A stretch of 64,000 bases of DNA. Source: Pristiophorus japonicus (Eukaryota). The position numbers and the translations under genes were made by a program. The first letter of the stretch is position 1; every line of letters begins with the position of its first letter. The stretch spans positions 30,442,001 through 30,506,000 of the forward strand of contig NC_091992.1 of NCBI RefSeq assembly GCF_044704955.1. The letters are read 5' to 3'. The notes below the pieces were generated by a model. That model saw only the letters and a list, made by a program, of their open reading frames with translations. It had not been told where the DNA came from and searched no databases. Below, piece after piece: positions 1 through 11,280 of this stretch.

Positions 1-282
1 TACATAAATGTTTTGCAATGTTATGTAAATAAACTGGCAGTCTATGCTGGAAAGTTCCCAATCAGACCAAGTCCTGACTGAGAAACAAACATATTTAGAG
101 TCAGCAAACAAAATGATTCTATATACTGGTCTTGGAGACCCTAAGTATATTGTGCACTGCACATGGAGCTGATGGTTATTTTGAACCTTCCATTAGGCAT
201 TGCCTCTCAGTTTTAAGAGCTTGGACTTTCAGCTCCCCAAACTGTGCAACAAGCTAAAACCACTGTTCTGTAGCTTTTAAAT

Positions 283-856
283 AAAGGGTATTGGTGAGGC
301 CACACCTGGAAAACTGCGTGCAGTTTTGGTTTCCATATATACGAAAGGATATACTTGCTTTGGAGGCAGTTCAAAGAAGGTTCACTAGGTTGATTCTGGG
401 GATGAAGGGGTTGACCTATGAGGAAAGGTTGAGTAGGTTGGGCCTCTACTCATTGGAATTCAGGTGATCTTATCGAAACTTATAAGATTATGAGGGGGCT
501 TGACAAGGTGGATGCAGAGAAGATGTTTCCACTGATGGGGGAGACTAGAACTAGAGGGCATGATCTTAGAATAAGGGGCCGCCCATTTAAAACTGAAATG
601 AAGAGAAATTTCTTCTCTGAGAGGGTTGTAAATCTGGAATTCACTGCCTCAGAGAGTTGTGGAAGCTGGAACATTGAATAAATTTAAGACAGAAATAGAC
701 AGTTTCTTAAACGATAAGGGGATAAGGGGATAAGGAGCGGGCGGGGAAGTGGAGCTGAGTCCATGGTCAGATCAGCCATGATCTTATTGAATGGCGGAGC
801 AGGTTCGAGGGGCCGTATAGCCTACTCCTGTTCTTATTTCTTATGTTCTTATGTTT
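283..856 (+). mobile_element. CR1-type LINE, 3' fragment
   Basis: Degenerate ORF2 C-terminus ([12 protein letters not shown]...; MRGLDKVDAEKMFPL...TRGH) followed by a 3'UTR and a (TTCTTATG)n tail at ~837-856. Confidence 0.9.
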
Positions 857-900
857 CTTCTCAAAATAAGAAAATTGCCTTCAGAGCTATTATAAATTGT

Positions 901-1624
901 GGGGTGAATTTTAACAGAGGGATTAGAGCGGGCAGGTGAGCAAAGTGAGCACCAAAGTCCGCTGCCCCTCTGACATTGGCAAAGATGTGGGAAATTTTAA
1001 CTCCCGATCTTCAGCTGCATACTGCCAGCCAGCTATCCGCCTGAAAAGGGCGGGAACTGGCAGCTGGTCAGCGGGCAGGAGTGAAAATTCAGACAGCAAG
1101 TCCTGGATTGCTTTCCTGCTGTATTCACTTGGTGGGAAAGCCACAACAGCTTCCCGACTCAGGCCAGAGTTAAAATTGCAGTAGGGCCCAATCATGTCAT
1201 CGGACCCCGATCTGCATATTTAAAGCAGGATCCTGCCAGCTTCAAGTGGCTGCCTTTGCCGCCAGATCAGAACAGTGGATTCAAATTGAAGATGGCAGTA
1301 TTTCCTGAGGCAATGTTTCCTGTAAGCTGCATGGTCCCTTTAAAATTCTGCTCATGTGTGGTACATACAATGGAAAATCTGGTGAGTGACCTGCGCGGTC
1401 CCTTTAAATTTCTGTACATGTGCAGTACTAACAATGGAAAAGCCAGTCCCTTTAAATTTCTGCGCACATGCGGTACTTACAATGGAAAAGCCTTTCCCAT
1501 TGCTACACGACCACACAACTTAGCGGGAACATTGATCCAGGATGATGTCGTTGGATAAGTCACGGCTGATTTGAACCGCACACTTGCCCACTTTACGCCG
1601 GATAGGTAGGGTTAAAATTGACTC
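901..1624. mobile_element. Non-autonomous TIR element (MITE, Harbinger-like)
   Basis: Ends GGGGTGAATTTTAAC and GTTAAAATTGACTC are imperfect inverted repeats; internal ~55-60 bp tandem units at ~1330-1490; no recognisable transposase. Confidence 0.55.
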
Positions 1625-1639
1625 GTCAGTGGGAAATAT

Positions 1640-2140
1640 TCAAGTCCCAAATATGGTCCAGAGAAGAGCCACATGACCGAGCCCGAATGTCACAGGACTG
1701 AATTATTAGGAAAGACTGGAGAAGCAGGAGTATTTCATGCCTTGTCGAAGTATATAAGTGAGTAAAGAATATAGAAGAGATAAGTCACTGCCTGAAAGAG
1801 TGGTAGAGGCAGAGACCCTCACATTTAAAAAGTACTTGGCTGTGTTGAAGTGCCGTGACCTACAAGGCTACGGACCAGGAGCTGGAAAGTGAAATTAAGC
1901 TGGATAGCTCTTTGTTGGCTAGAGCAGACACAATGGGCCGAAAAGGCCTCCTTCCGTGCTGTAAACATCTATGATTCTATAAAGTCCAGAACTCTACTTA
2001 AATTTAAACCATAACAGAATGACAAGGAGGCACAAGTCTAAACCAGTGATAGGCAAATTTTGGACTGATATCAGAAAGGCCTCCTTCACACGAGGGAGTA
2101 ATGGATGCCCAGATAGGGCAGTAGAGACAAAACCCCTGAT
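1640..2140 (+). mobile_element. Old CR1 fragments with a younger CR1 3' end (~1785-1980) in the middle
   Basis: GTCCAGAGAAGAGCCAC (VQRRAT-like) motif; 3'UTR ending in a CTATGATTCTAT tail at ~1969-1980. Confidence 0.55.
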
Positions 2141-2149
2141 TTCGCACAC

Positions 2150-2310
2150 AAATTGGCCGCCACATTTGCCTATGTAACATCGCCTGACTGCACCCCTGCC
2201 TCAGCCCATTTGTTGCTAAAACTCTCATCCAATGCCTTTGTCAACTCCACCACAACTACTCCAATGATCTCCTGTTCAGCCTCCCATCCTCCATGCTCTG
2301 TGAACCTCAG
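2150..2310 (+). mobile_element. L2-type LINE fragment
   Basis: Similar to the L2 copies at 11990-12130 and 26350-26490 (CCTGCCTCAGC...CTCATCCA.TGCCTTTGT). Confidence 0.6.
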
Positions 2311-4022
2311 CAGCCAATTTGTGAGCAACAATGTCCCACAAACAGCAATGACATAAATAACCAGTGAAGCAGTTTTGGTGGCATTAGTTGAGGGATAAAT
2401 GTTGGACAGGACACCAGGAGACATACCCTGCTCTGCTCTGAATAGTACCATAGGATCTTTTACGCCCACCTGAACAGAGAGGGGCCAAAATTGATGGCCT
2501 CACCGCCGACTGCCACTGACATCCGCCAACATTTCTCTTCGGGTTCCGCCCTGTGCCAGTTTGCATTTCGGCTGGAACGGGCAGGAGGGGAGAACCGCCG
2601 GGAACCGCCTGCTGACGTCAGCGGATGGCCAAGTGGTGCAAGTGACCTCCCGCACGCCGTGATGCCAGACTGGTGCAGGCGGGAGTCGACGCCAGAACGG
2701 AGAAGGACCGCTGCATGGAGGCTGGTCTATCCCCGACAGTAGGTATGAAGATCTGGTTCGGGAAGATTTTTTTTAAATTTCTTACAGCGACTTACCTGCA
2801 TGGGGTCCCCGAAGGTGTTACATTTTTTTTTGCATTGCTTTTTCTTTTCAGCTCTTCTACCCTCCGTGGGCTCAACTCCATCCTCGGCGACACTTGTGCG
2901 GCAAGAGCTTTTGCCGCCGAGATTGGGAGCTGCCGCCCAGATTGACGGCGTAAGTCCCTCTTTTGCTGCTGAGTGCCCTTTCAAGGACCTTTTTGTCGAA
3001 ACTCTCGCCCAAAGCACCGTTAGGTATCTCGGCGGCCATCGGTGGTCCTTTGGGCTGCACTTGGGTGGCCCTTGGCCTTCACCAATTTCGGCCCCAGAGT
3101 CTTTCTTTAACATCTTATCCAAAAGACAGCGTGGCCGAAATTTAGGGTCTGGATAAGGCCCATTACCGTCGTTTTGCGTCGGCCATGCGGCGGAATCGAG
3201 TGGCCACCGCATTGCAGTCAATTGGCCACCACAATCCAAATTCATCTCACGGAATTTTCGGCCTGTCCCCATTTCCGCCCTACTGCTGTCGACCGCCGCA
3301 AGCGTGTCATCAAAGCGCAGCGCACCACCGATCTCGCGCACCTACATCCTAATCCACACAAAATTTACCTGCCAAAATCTTTCATCCGTTGCGCGGTGCC
3401 CCCAACAGCTTTTTCTGTCGGGCACCTTGTTTTGTGTGTGTGAGCCATGGCATCATGGTGGTCCTTCAAGGGGAGGGCGCAATGCTGCGGCCGCCATGTT
3501 TTTTTTTTGCGGGCCAACTTCCCAATCGCCTGTACAATTATGGCTCCAGGCTCGGCTAGGCCGCCAATAGGCAGACTGGCACCCGCTGGCTGAAACCCTC
3601 CCTGGTGGCCCAATGGCCGAACCTAGACAATCGCTGCTTCTCTCCCCTTTAAATGTGGGGAGAGACGTGGTGACGCACATGCGCACTGACGTCACCACCG
3701 CTCCGCCGCTGTCTTGATCCCACCCCAACTTCCATCCCTCACCAACACTTACGCCCCTATTATGACCGACTTCCGGTCTGGTCGAAAAAAAATTACACAA
3801 AGCCGGAATATATCGAAGAAGAGTCGACCTCTTCCCATACGGCGGTAAGAACAGTTAAAAAATCGTAGGTGTGCCAGGTTTCTGCCAGGCATGAATTTCA
3901 GCCCTAGCATCTTCAAGAATGCAGCACTCCCTCAGAACTATATTTGTGCTTAAGTCCTACCGTGCGACTTAAAACGCATGACCTTTTGACTAAGAGGCAA
4001 GTATTGCCACTGAGTCAAGCTC
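2310..4022 (-). mobile_element. Deu-domain tRNA-derived SINE split by a MITE (pieces 2310-2480 and 3905-4022)
   Basis: Both pieces are reverse complements of successive parts of the SINE at 53482-53925; the head piece ends in CCACTGAGTCAAGC. Confidence 0.75.
2481..3904. mobile_element. GC-rich 1.4 kb TIR element (non-autonomous, Harbinger-like)
   Basis: GGGCCAAAATTGATG vs reverse complement of CATGAATTTCAGCCC (12/15 match); interrupts a SINE; CpG-rich interior; no clear TSD. Confidence 0.6.
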
Positions 4023-5348
4023 AACCAATGTAATTAAGGAATGTTGCATATGCCTACCACTTGTTACACAACCCATGGAACAAATTGTTTTAACATGTCA
4101 GGGCCGTTCTTGAGTAATTAACATTGTGTCAGTTCTTCCTACTTTTTTTAGGTTGGTATGTAAATTTGCTGCTTATGACATTTCATTGATAACCTTGTTA
4201 AGGTAACCACACCATAAAATATAGAAATACAATAAAATGGACTTTTGTTTTAAGAATCAAACTTTTTGGTGTCTTGTTTGCATTTTAGTAATGTCAAGCA
4301 ATTCACTGAAACAGATTCTCCAGTTCAAAACCCAGAGATGTCGCAATCCTACATTGCAAAGTGAAATTTATGCCTCTGTGAATTTATATCTACTGAAAAT
4401 AAAAAGTACAGTGTACATTTCAAATTGTATTTCCTCTTGACAACTGTAAAATTATTGGTTATTACCGGTCTATGTACTAAGTTAGACGCCCTTTTACTTA
4501 ATACCATGCACTGACAAAAGCAATTCATCAACTCCCTGAAAAGAATTCTTCTTCAGTATAATAAATCTGATAATTTTATACTGCCCATTACTGATTTATA
4601 TGGAATCCCCTCTCAGCTTGTTAAAGAGCTGCAGTAGTCCGGCAGTTGCGGTCCGGATGACGGCGAATTGGCAACGTTCGCTGTCATTCTGCCTTTGAAA
4701 CTATCTGCAACTTCAGGATTTGAAGTTGCGGTCTGTCATTCACTGTTCTGATACACGCTGCGCTGTACTGTGCACCCCACCCCCACCCAGAGCCGGCAAT
4801 CATGGTAATGCCTCAAATCAGGGAAACTGACAAAACCTTCAGCTCTTCTGCAGTAATTAAGCTGTAAAATTCCCCACTAAAAGTTAGACCCAAAGGAATT
4901 AGGTGTAACTTGGGTTCTAACAGCATATTGAATACTGAACAAAGGTTTAGGCCTGAAAAACTAATTTTAATTTTGTGCAGTGTGAAATTTATCCATTTTA
5001 ATAGAAATTACAATTATTAAGAAACTTTAACAAAAAATTAAGTTTGTTCAATTTTATTTCAGTTGTGCCTTTTTTCATTACAGAAGCCCCGATCTTTCTT
5101 TGCACTTGCTAATTTTTTTAAAAAGTTATAATTTTAAGAGCTTACTCACGGTCTGTGAGAATTCTGCATTTTGATTGTCTGCTTAGATAGCCTGTTGACA
5201 CCACAGCAGCTCACACAAGAGGAGCCCCACTAACCTGCATTGATTTGAATTGAATTGAATGTCAGAAAACTTAAACGTTCTCGACACAGATCGCGAGATC
5301 CTTGTGCGTAGCATACTTTGGGGCCAGCGACAAATGCATTCGCTTCAT

Positions 5349-5470
5349 AATATAAGAACGTAAGAAATAGGAGCAGGAGTAGGCCATTCAGCCCCTCGAG
5401 CCTGCTCTGCCATTCATGGCTGATCTTCTACCTCCACTCCATTTTCCTGCACTATCCCTATATCCCTTAA
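5349..5470 (-). mobile_element. Very short 5'-truncated CR1 (3'UTR only)
   Basis: Tail plus GAAATAGGAGCAGGAGTAGGCCATT, duplicating the 3' end that begins at ~5472. Confidence 0.75.
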
Positions 5471-7388
5471 TATAAGAACATAAGAAATAGGAGCAGGGAT
5501 AGGCCATTTGGGACCTCGAGCCTACTCCGCCATTTAATAAGATCATGGCAGATCTGATCATGGACTCAGCTCCACTTCCCATAACCCTTTATTCCCTTAT
5601 CGCTCAAAAATCTGTCTATCTCCGCCTTAAATATATTCAATGACCCAGCCTCCACAGCTCTCTGGGTCAGAGAATTCCACAGATTTACAACCCTCTGAGA
5701 GAAGAAATTCCTCATCATCTCAGTTTTAAATGGGCTGTCCCTTATTCTGAGACTATGCCCTCTAATTTTAGTTTCCCCTATGAGTGGAAACATCCTCTCT
5801 GCATCCACCTTGTCAAGACCCCTTATTATCTTATATGTTTCAATAAGATCACCCCTCATCCTTCTGAACTCCAATAAGTACAGGCCCAACCTACTCAACC
5901 TATCTTCATACATCAACCCCCTCATCTCCGGAATCAACCTGGTGAACCGTCTCTGAACTGCCTCCAATGCAAATAAAGTGTGACGTACGAAATCTGGAAA
6001 CCTCGGGATTGAGGCTGTCCTGGATTTTTTCGGATTTTGGAGCGTCTTTGCCTGGGCCGAGGTATGTGGAACTGGGGCAGGGTCGGGCCGCCAAGAGCCG
6101 GGGAGTCTGGATTTCGGAACATTTCCCGGTTTCCGGACGATCCCACGGATCAGCCCGGTGTCCGGACGCTCAACCTGTATATCCTTCCTTAAATACGGAG
6201 ACCTCTACGTGTGGCCTCACCAATACCCTGTACAGTTGTAGCCGGACTTCTCTGCTTTTATACTTCACCCCCTTGCAACAAAGGCCAACATTCCATTTGC
6301 CTTCCTGATCACTTGCTGTACCTTTTTGTGTTTCATGCACAAGTACCCCCAGATCCCTCTGTACTGCAGCACTTGTGCAATTTTTCTCCATTTAAATAGT
6401 ACTTTGCTTTTCTATTTTTTCTGTCAAAGTGGATAACCTCACATTTTCCCACATTATACTCCATCTGCCAAATTTTTGGCCACTCACTTAGCCTGTCTAC
6501 ATCCCTTTGCAGATCTTTTGTGTCCTCCTCACAATTTGCTTTCCCATCCATCTTTGTATCATCAGCAAACTTGGCTACATTACACTCGGTCCCTTCATCC
6601 AAGTCATTAATATAGATTGTAAATAGTTGAGGCCCCAGCACCAATCCCTGCGGCACCCCACTAGTTCCTGATTGCCAACCGGAAAAAGACTCATTTGTCC
6701 CGACTCTCTGTTTTCTGTTAGTTAGCCAATCCTCTATCCATGCTAATATATTGCCCCCAACCCCGTGAACGTTTATCTTATGCAGCAATCTTTTATGTGG
6801 CACCTGATTGAATGCCTTCTGGAAATCCAAATACACCATATCCACTAGTTCCCCCTTATCCACCCTGCTTGTTACATTCTCAAAGAACTCCAGCAAATTT
6901 GTCAAACATGATTTCCCTTTCATAAAACCATGCTGATTCTACTTGACTGAATTATGCTTTTCCAAATGTCCTGCTACTGTTTCCTTAATAATGGACTCCA
7001 GCATTTTCCCAACGACAGATGTTAGGCTAACTGGTCTATAGTTTCTTGCTTTCTGTCTGCTTCCTTTTTTAAATAGGGGCGTTATATTTGCGGTTTTCCA
7101 ATCCGCTGGGACCTTCCCAGAATCCAGGGAATTTTGGTAGATTACAACCAATGCATTCACTATCTCTGCAGCCACTTCTTTTAAGATCCTAGGATGCAAA
7201 CCATCAGGTCCAGGGAACTTGCCTTTAGACCCATTATTTTACCGAGTACTATTTCTTTAGTGATAGTGATTGTTTTTAGTTCCTCCCTCCATGTAGCCCC
7301 ATGATTATCCACCATTGGGATGTTTTTAGTGCCTTCTACCGTGAAGACAGATACAAAATATTTGTTCAAAAGTTTCTGCCATTTCCCT
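5471..7388 (-). mobile_element. CR1 LINE, ~1.9 kb, frameshifted reverse transcriptase
   Basis: ORFs 6939-7199, 6333-6923 and 5566-5967 carry [26 protein letters not shown] and KFADDTK; (CTTATGTT)n tail. Confidence 0.95.
5976..6177. mobile_element. Tigger/pogo-like MITE inserted in CR1
   Basis: Flanked by TA (5974-75, 6178-79); right end reads CAGGTTGAGCGTCCGGA on the - strand; CR1 sequence is contiguous once it is removed; similar to 27920-28281. Confidence 0.75.
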
Positions 7389-7414
7389 GACCGCAAATTC
7401 CGGGCCAATATCAA

Positions 7415-7790
7415 TGTAGGAAGCCATTCAGCTCATCCTGGCTGTGCTGGCTCTTTGTTGAGCTATCCAACTAGTCCCACTCCCCCGACCTTTCCCCTGC
7501 AAATTCCCCCGACACTCCAAGTATCTATCCAATTCCGTTTTGAAAGTTACTATTGAATCTGCTTCCACCACCCTTTCAGGCAGTGCATTCCAGATCATAA
7601 CAACTCGCTGTTTAAAAAAAAATATTTGAGGAAGCTATCCAATTAGTTCTTTGCTCTTTCCACTTTAGCCCTGAAAATGTTTTCCCTTCAACTAATTATC
7701 CAATTCCCTTTTGAAAGTTATTATAGAATCTGCTTCCACCATCCCTTGAGGCAGTGCATTCCAGATCAATAATAACTCTCTGCTTAATTT
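7415..7790 (-). mobile_element. Two tandem CR1 3' fragments
   Basis: Repeated TATCCAATTCC.TTTTGAAAGTTA...GAATCTGCTTCCACC...GGCAGTGCATTCCAGATC at ~7526-7596 and ~7696-7767. Confidence 0.7.
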
Positions 7791-7824
7791 TTTTCGCTCT
7801 GGTTATCTTTCTACATTCCTCGTT

Positions 7825-7950
7825 CCCTACATTCCAACAGTGGCTAACACTTCAAAGAAAAAAAGTACTTCATTTAGCTGTAAAGCGCTTTGGGACGTCC
7901 GGTGGTCGTGAAAGGCGTTATATAGATATATAAAAATACAAGTGTTTCTT
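7825..7950 (+). mobile_element. SINE 3' tail fragment
   Basis: Matches the tail of the 53482 SINE (GTAAAGCGCTTTGGGACGTCCGGTGGTCGTGAAAGGCG). Confidence 0.7.
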
Positions 7951-8087
7951 TTTGCCTATCACCTTATTGTCTATAAAATTCAGATAAAATTGTGACAGGT
8001 TTAAAAAAAAATGACTGGAGCTGTGCTTCTAATAGCAACTGACCGACTTTAGAAACAAACAAGATAAAATAAAACGTCACAACTTAC

Positions 8088-8092
8088 AACAT
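8088..8092 (-). CDS. Candidate first coding exon of an unidentified divergent gene (ATG TT | GTAAGT)
   Basis: The - strand reads ...CCTCAACACCCTTCGGCC ATG TT GTAAGTT: good Kozak context, consensus donor and pyrimidine-rich leader at the edge of the CpG island. No downstream exon identified. Confidence 0.45.
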
Positions 8093-8356
8093 GGCCGAAG
8101 GGTGTTGAGGAAGGAGGGGGACCGAAGGAGCGAGAACGTCGGCGTGCGCATGCGTACGCGCCTGGCTTCCCGCTTGGTGGCGCGGCCGCGGCATATGATG
8201 CCGCGCGGGGTCATGTGACTCAGCATGGAGGTTGTGGACAAACCTGAGGCCGGGTTTCGACTGAGGGAGAAAAGTAGAGACTGAAAAGGAGGAAAAAAAA
8301 GTCACGGGCGGGGAGACCAGCAGCTACAAAAAAATAAACAGTGAAATGAAGGGAAT

Positions 8357-8414
8357 ATGGGCGCCAAGGAGTCAAGGATAGGCTTTCTGTCTTACGACGA
8401 AGCGGTGAAACGAG
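8357..8414 (+). CDS. USP32: Ubiquitin carboxyl-terminal hydrolase 32, coding exon 1
   Basis: Translates MGAKESRIGFLSYDEAVKR(V), matching the vertebrate USP32 N-terminus as recalled; phase-1 donor CGAG|GTGAGG at 8415. Confidence 0.95.
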
Positions 8415-10195
8415 GTGAGGTTTTTTTTGTTTATTTTTTTAAAAAAACATTAAAGCCCCTGAGTTTTGGCCTCCCGAACAGTACACTGAATTTGAGATGG
8501 CTTTCCACATGACAGGGATGTTGCACGCGTCCGTGAAGACAGGGAAACTCCGTCCCTTTTGGGGGGGGGGACTTTTTATACATGACACTGATTTGCTGTT
8601 ATTTTTTAAAATCCAGCTTTTAACATGTCTGAATCTATCACAAAGGAGGAATTGGGAATGTGCGCGACCGCCCATATTGCCTCCCGTGTATTTTTTTTTA
8701 ATGCTTCATATATTTTTAGGCTATATCTATATATTTATATGTTACATTCAGAGCTGGTGTTGAAGGGCGGGTCTGTGTGTCAATGTTCACCAAGGGTTTT
8801 CATTCCCTGGTCTGTTTGAAATCTCAGGTTGCTGAGAGGAGGAAATCTTTTTTTTGAATTACTGTGATCGAGAAATAACGAGGACTCTGAATTGCCTGAA
8901 TTTGCTAAATCTCTGGGCTTAGGGTGTTTTCATAACAAGAGCGATCTCTCACCACTTGGCTGCAATGAAAATAATTTCCAGTGCTATGTTGCATCTGTGC
9001 GAGTGGGGCATTTCGTTTCTGTGAATTTCAAAAACATGATTGCAGTAATTTATTACTAGGCAGTGAAAATTGCCCCTTTAACAAAAATGTACTCCTAACC
9101 GACCAAGTGCTCTTACCTGTCTCAAATGTAAGCGATAATCATAACACGGGTTGAAGCAGCCAGGATATAACCTTTTAATGTCGCGTTTACGACGAAATTT
9201 TAGCATATGATATAGCGGCCACCACAGCACAGAGTGACGCAGACTTGTGGACACCAGTGAGTTCTGCAGCAACTGTCACTTTTTCGATGGATTCTGCCCT
9301 GATGTGCTTAGCTGCTCCCTCAACTCCTTAACGCATTTGGAAACTGTAGTATCTAATTTCTGATTGCCTATTCATTGAGCAAAAACACTCTAATCAAAGG
9401 TGGGATTATCAAATAATTCTGCTACAATTAAGACGAAGTAATCTTTAATTGAAAACTTAAAGAATACTACATGGTAAAAATTTGAAGAGCAGTTATGATT
9501 CATCGTTAGTAACCGGTCGTTTTCCGGCCTTTCATAAACATATAACGTGTGTAGAAGGACTTATAACTTAGCGTGTTTTAGAAGAAAATGTACAGTTTCT
9601 ATAAGATGAGATGTTGGTCCTGCTTTAGGGTTATGTCTTTTTTTAACCCTGTCCCATGGTGCGAAGCTGCACAACAAAACTCTAGCCGCGATGGTTATAA
9701 ATCAGCGATGGTAATGAGAAATCGATGAGACTGGAAATTGAACTCGAGTTCTCTTTCCCGTTGTGTTATTCAAAGGATACAAAATTACTCTTTCTATATA
9801 GGTGTATGACAGCTGCAACATATTTGAGATTTCAATGTTTGAATGGCTTGCTTTGAAACTTAGCATTCAAGCCTTCAAATGTGCGTTGCAGCTTTATAAC
9901 GCCCAGTTATCAGTTCTCTATTTTGGTATTTTTTCCTTTTGTAGGAACATCCTATATGTTTACTAACACTTGTAAATTGGCTGCCGTTGGTTGGCTAACA
10001 GTGAAGCCACAACACTGAAATTTATCCTGTATTTATGAACTGATTCTATTGCCTTGGAGGGAAGTAGAGACATTATTCTCCAATTTTATGCTGCACCTGC
10101 AAATAAAACACATTCAAAAATGCAGATCTTGCCTGTGTTGTGTGAAAAAATGTTGTCTATATGACAAGATAATGTATCAGTGATGTTGGTTGAGG

Positions 10196-10495
10196 AATCT
10201 GTAATTTCCTCCAGCCCCACAATGCCCTCTTCCCCCGAGATGTCCGCTCCTCTAATTCTGCCCTCTTGAGCATCCCTGATTATAACCGCTCAACCTAAAC
10301 CTCTCTGCTTCTCTATCTCTCTCCCTTCCTTCAAGACAATCCTTAAAACATACCCTTTTGACCAAGCCTTTGGGCACCTGCTCTAATTTCTACTTATGGG
10401 GCTCGGTGTCAAATTTTTATCACACAATACTCCTGTGAAGTGCCTTGGGGCGTAACACTACATTAAAGGCGCTTTATAAATACAAGTTGTTGTTG
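10196..10495 (+). mobile_element. L2 LINE 3' fragment
   Basis: Collinear with the 3' part of 11470-12590; ends AAAGGCGCTTTATAAATACAAG(TTG)n. Confidence 0.8.
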
Positions 10496-10904
10496 TAAGA
10501 CTTTTTTTTTTTAAGTGATTCACTGTCAATTTCTGTAATTCAGGTGTATTGGGGCTTTTGTTCTTTATCGGTCTTTCTATGCAGGGACCTGCCTGGCATT
10601 TTTCTTCAGGTAAAAATGTTTCAGAAAAATTGCTGCAATAAATGGTCAGATTGCAACACAGAAGGTGCTGGACCATCAATTTAGCTTATAAACTGGAATC
10701 CCACTCTTCACTATCATCTTTTCAAATGTCTGTGTTTCATACGGCGAGTTGCTTTGAAGTGCAGTGACTGTTTCAAGTCCCATCTGAAGGATTGCACCGT
10801 TAATATTGCTGCTGTCTTTGGAACTGAACTGTTGTATTTGGCCCCACAACTTTCTGACTTGGTGGAGAGCCATGCTCATAATATAGTTGAAGGGGAATAG
10901 CAGT

Positions 10905-11280
10905 GAAAGAAAGAACTTAGATTTATATAACCCTTTTCACAACCTCATGGTGTCTCAATTCATTTTACAGCAAACGGGTACTTTTGATGTGTAGTCACTG
11001 TTGTAATGTAGGCTAATGTGTCAGCCAAATTGCGCACATCAAGTTCCCATGAATAGTCGTGAAACAAATAACTAGATAATGTTTGTGATGTTGGTTGAGG
11101 AATTAAATATTGGTCAGGACACTGGGACAACTCCCCTGCTCCTCTTCGAATAGTGCCATGGGGAACTTTTGTGTCCACCTGAAAGGACAGACGGGTCTTC
11201 GATTTATTGTCTCTTCTGAAAGATGGCACCTTAGACAGTGCAGTATTCCCTCAGTACGGTAAGTGTCAGCCTAGATTATA
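10905..11280 (-). mobile_element. Deu-domain SINE, head truncated
   Basis: Reverse complement of the body and tail of 53482-53925. Confidence 0.75.

Larger units (their letters stand above)
4636..7406. mobile_element. TIR element (pieces 4636-5347 and ~7389-7406) interrupted by CR1 insertions
   Basis: AGTCCGGCAGTTGCGG vs CCGCAAATTCCGGGCC (12/16 inverted match); interior segments 4705-4745 and 5290-5340 are reverse complements of 47150-47230 and 45483-45530. Confidence 0.7.
8070..8700. promoter_or_regulatory. CpG-rich promoter of USP32, probably bidirectional
   Basis: Local CpG density; NRF1-like TGCGCATGCG 8145-8154; GTCATGTGAC 8210-8219; GTGACTCAGCA 8215-8225; GC box GGGCGGGG ~8306-8313; directly upstream of the USP32 ATG. 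Confidence 0.8.

Noticed and set aside
2491-3800. Cluster of overlapping ORFs (up to 204 aa) as a gene
   Set aside because: Expected in GC-rich DNA; no recognisable domain or splice structure; lies inside a TIR element.
4349-4560. Minus-strand acceptors as exon 2 of the divergent gene
   Set aside because: The acceptor near 4393 gives an early in-frame stop, and the one near 4537 has no convincing donor.
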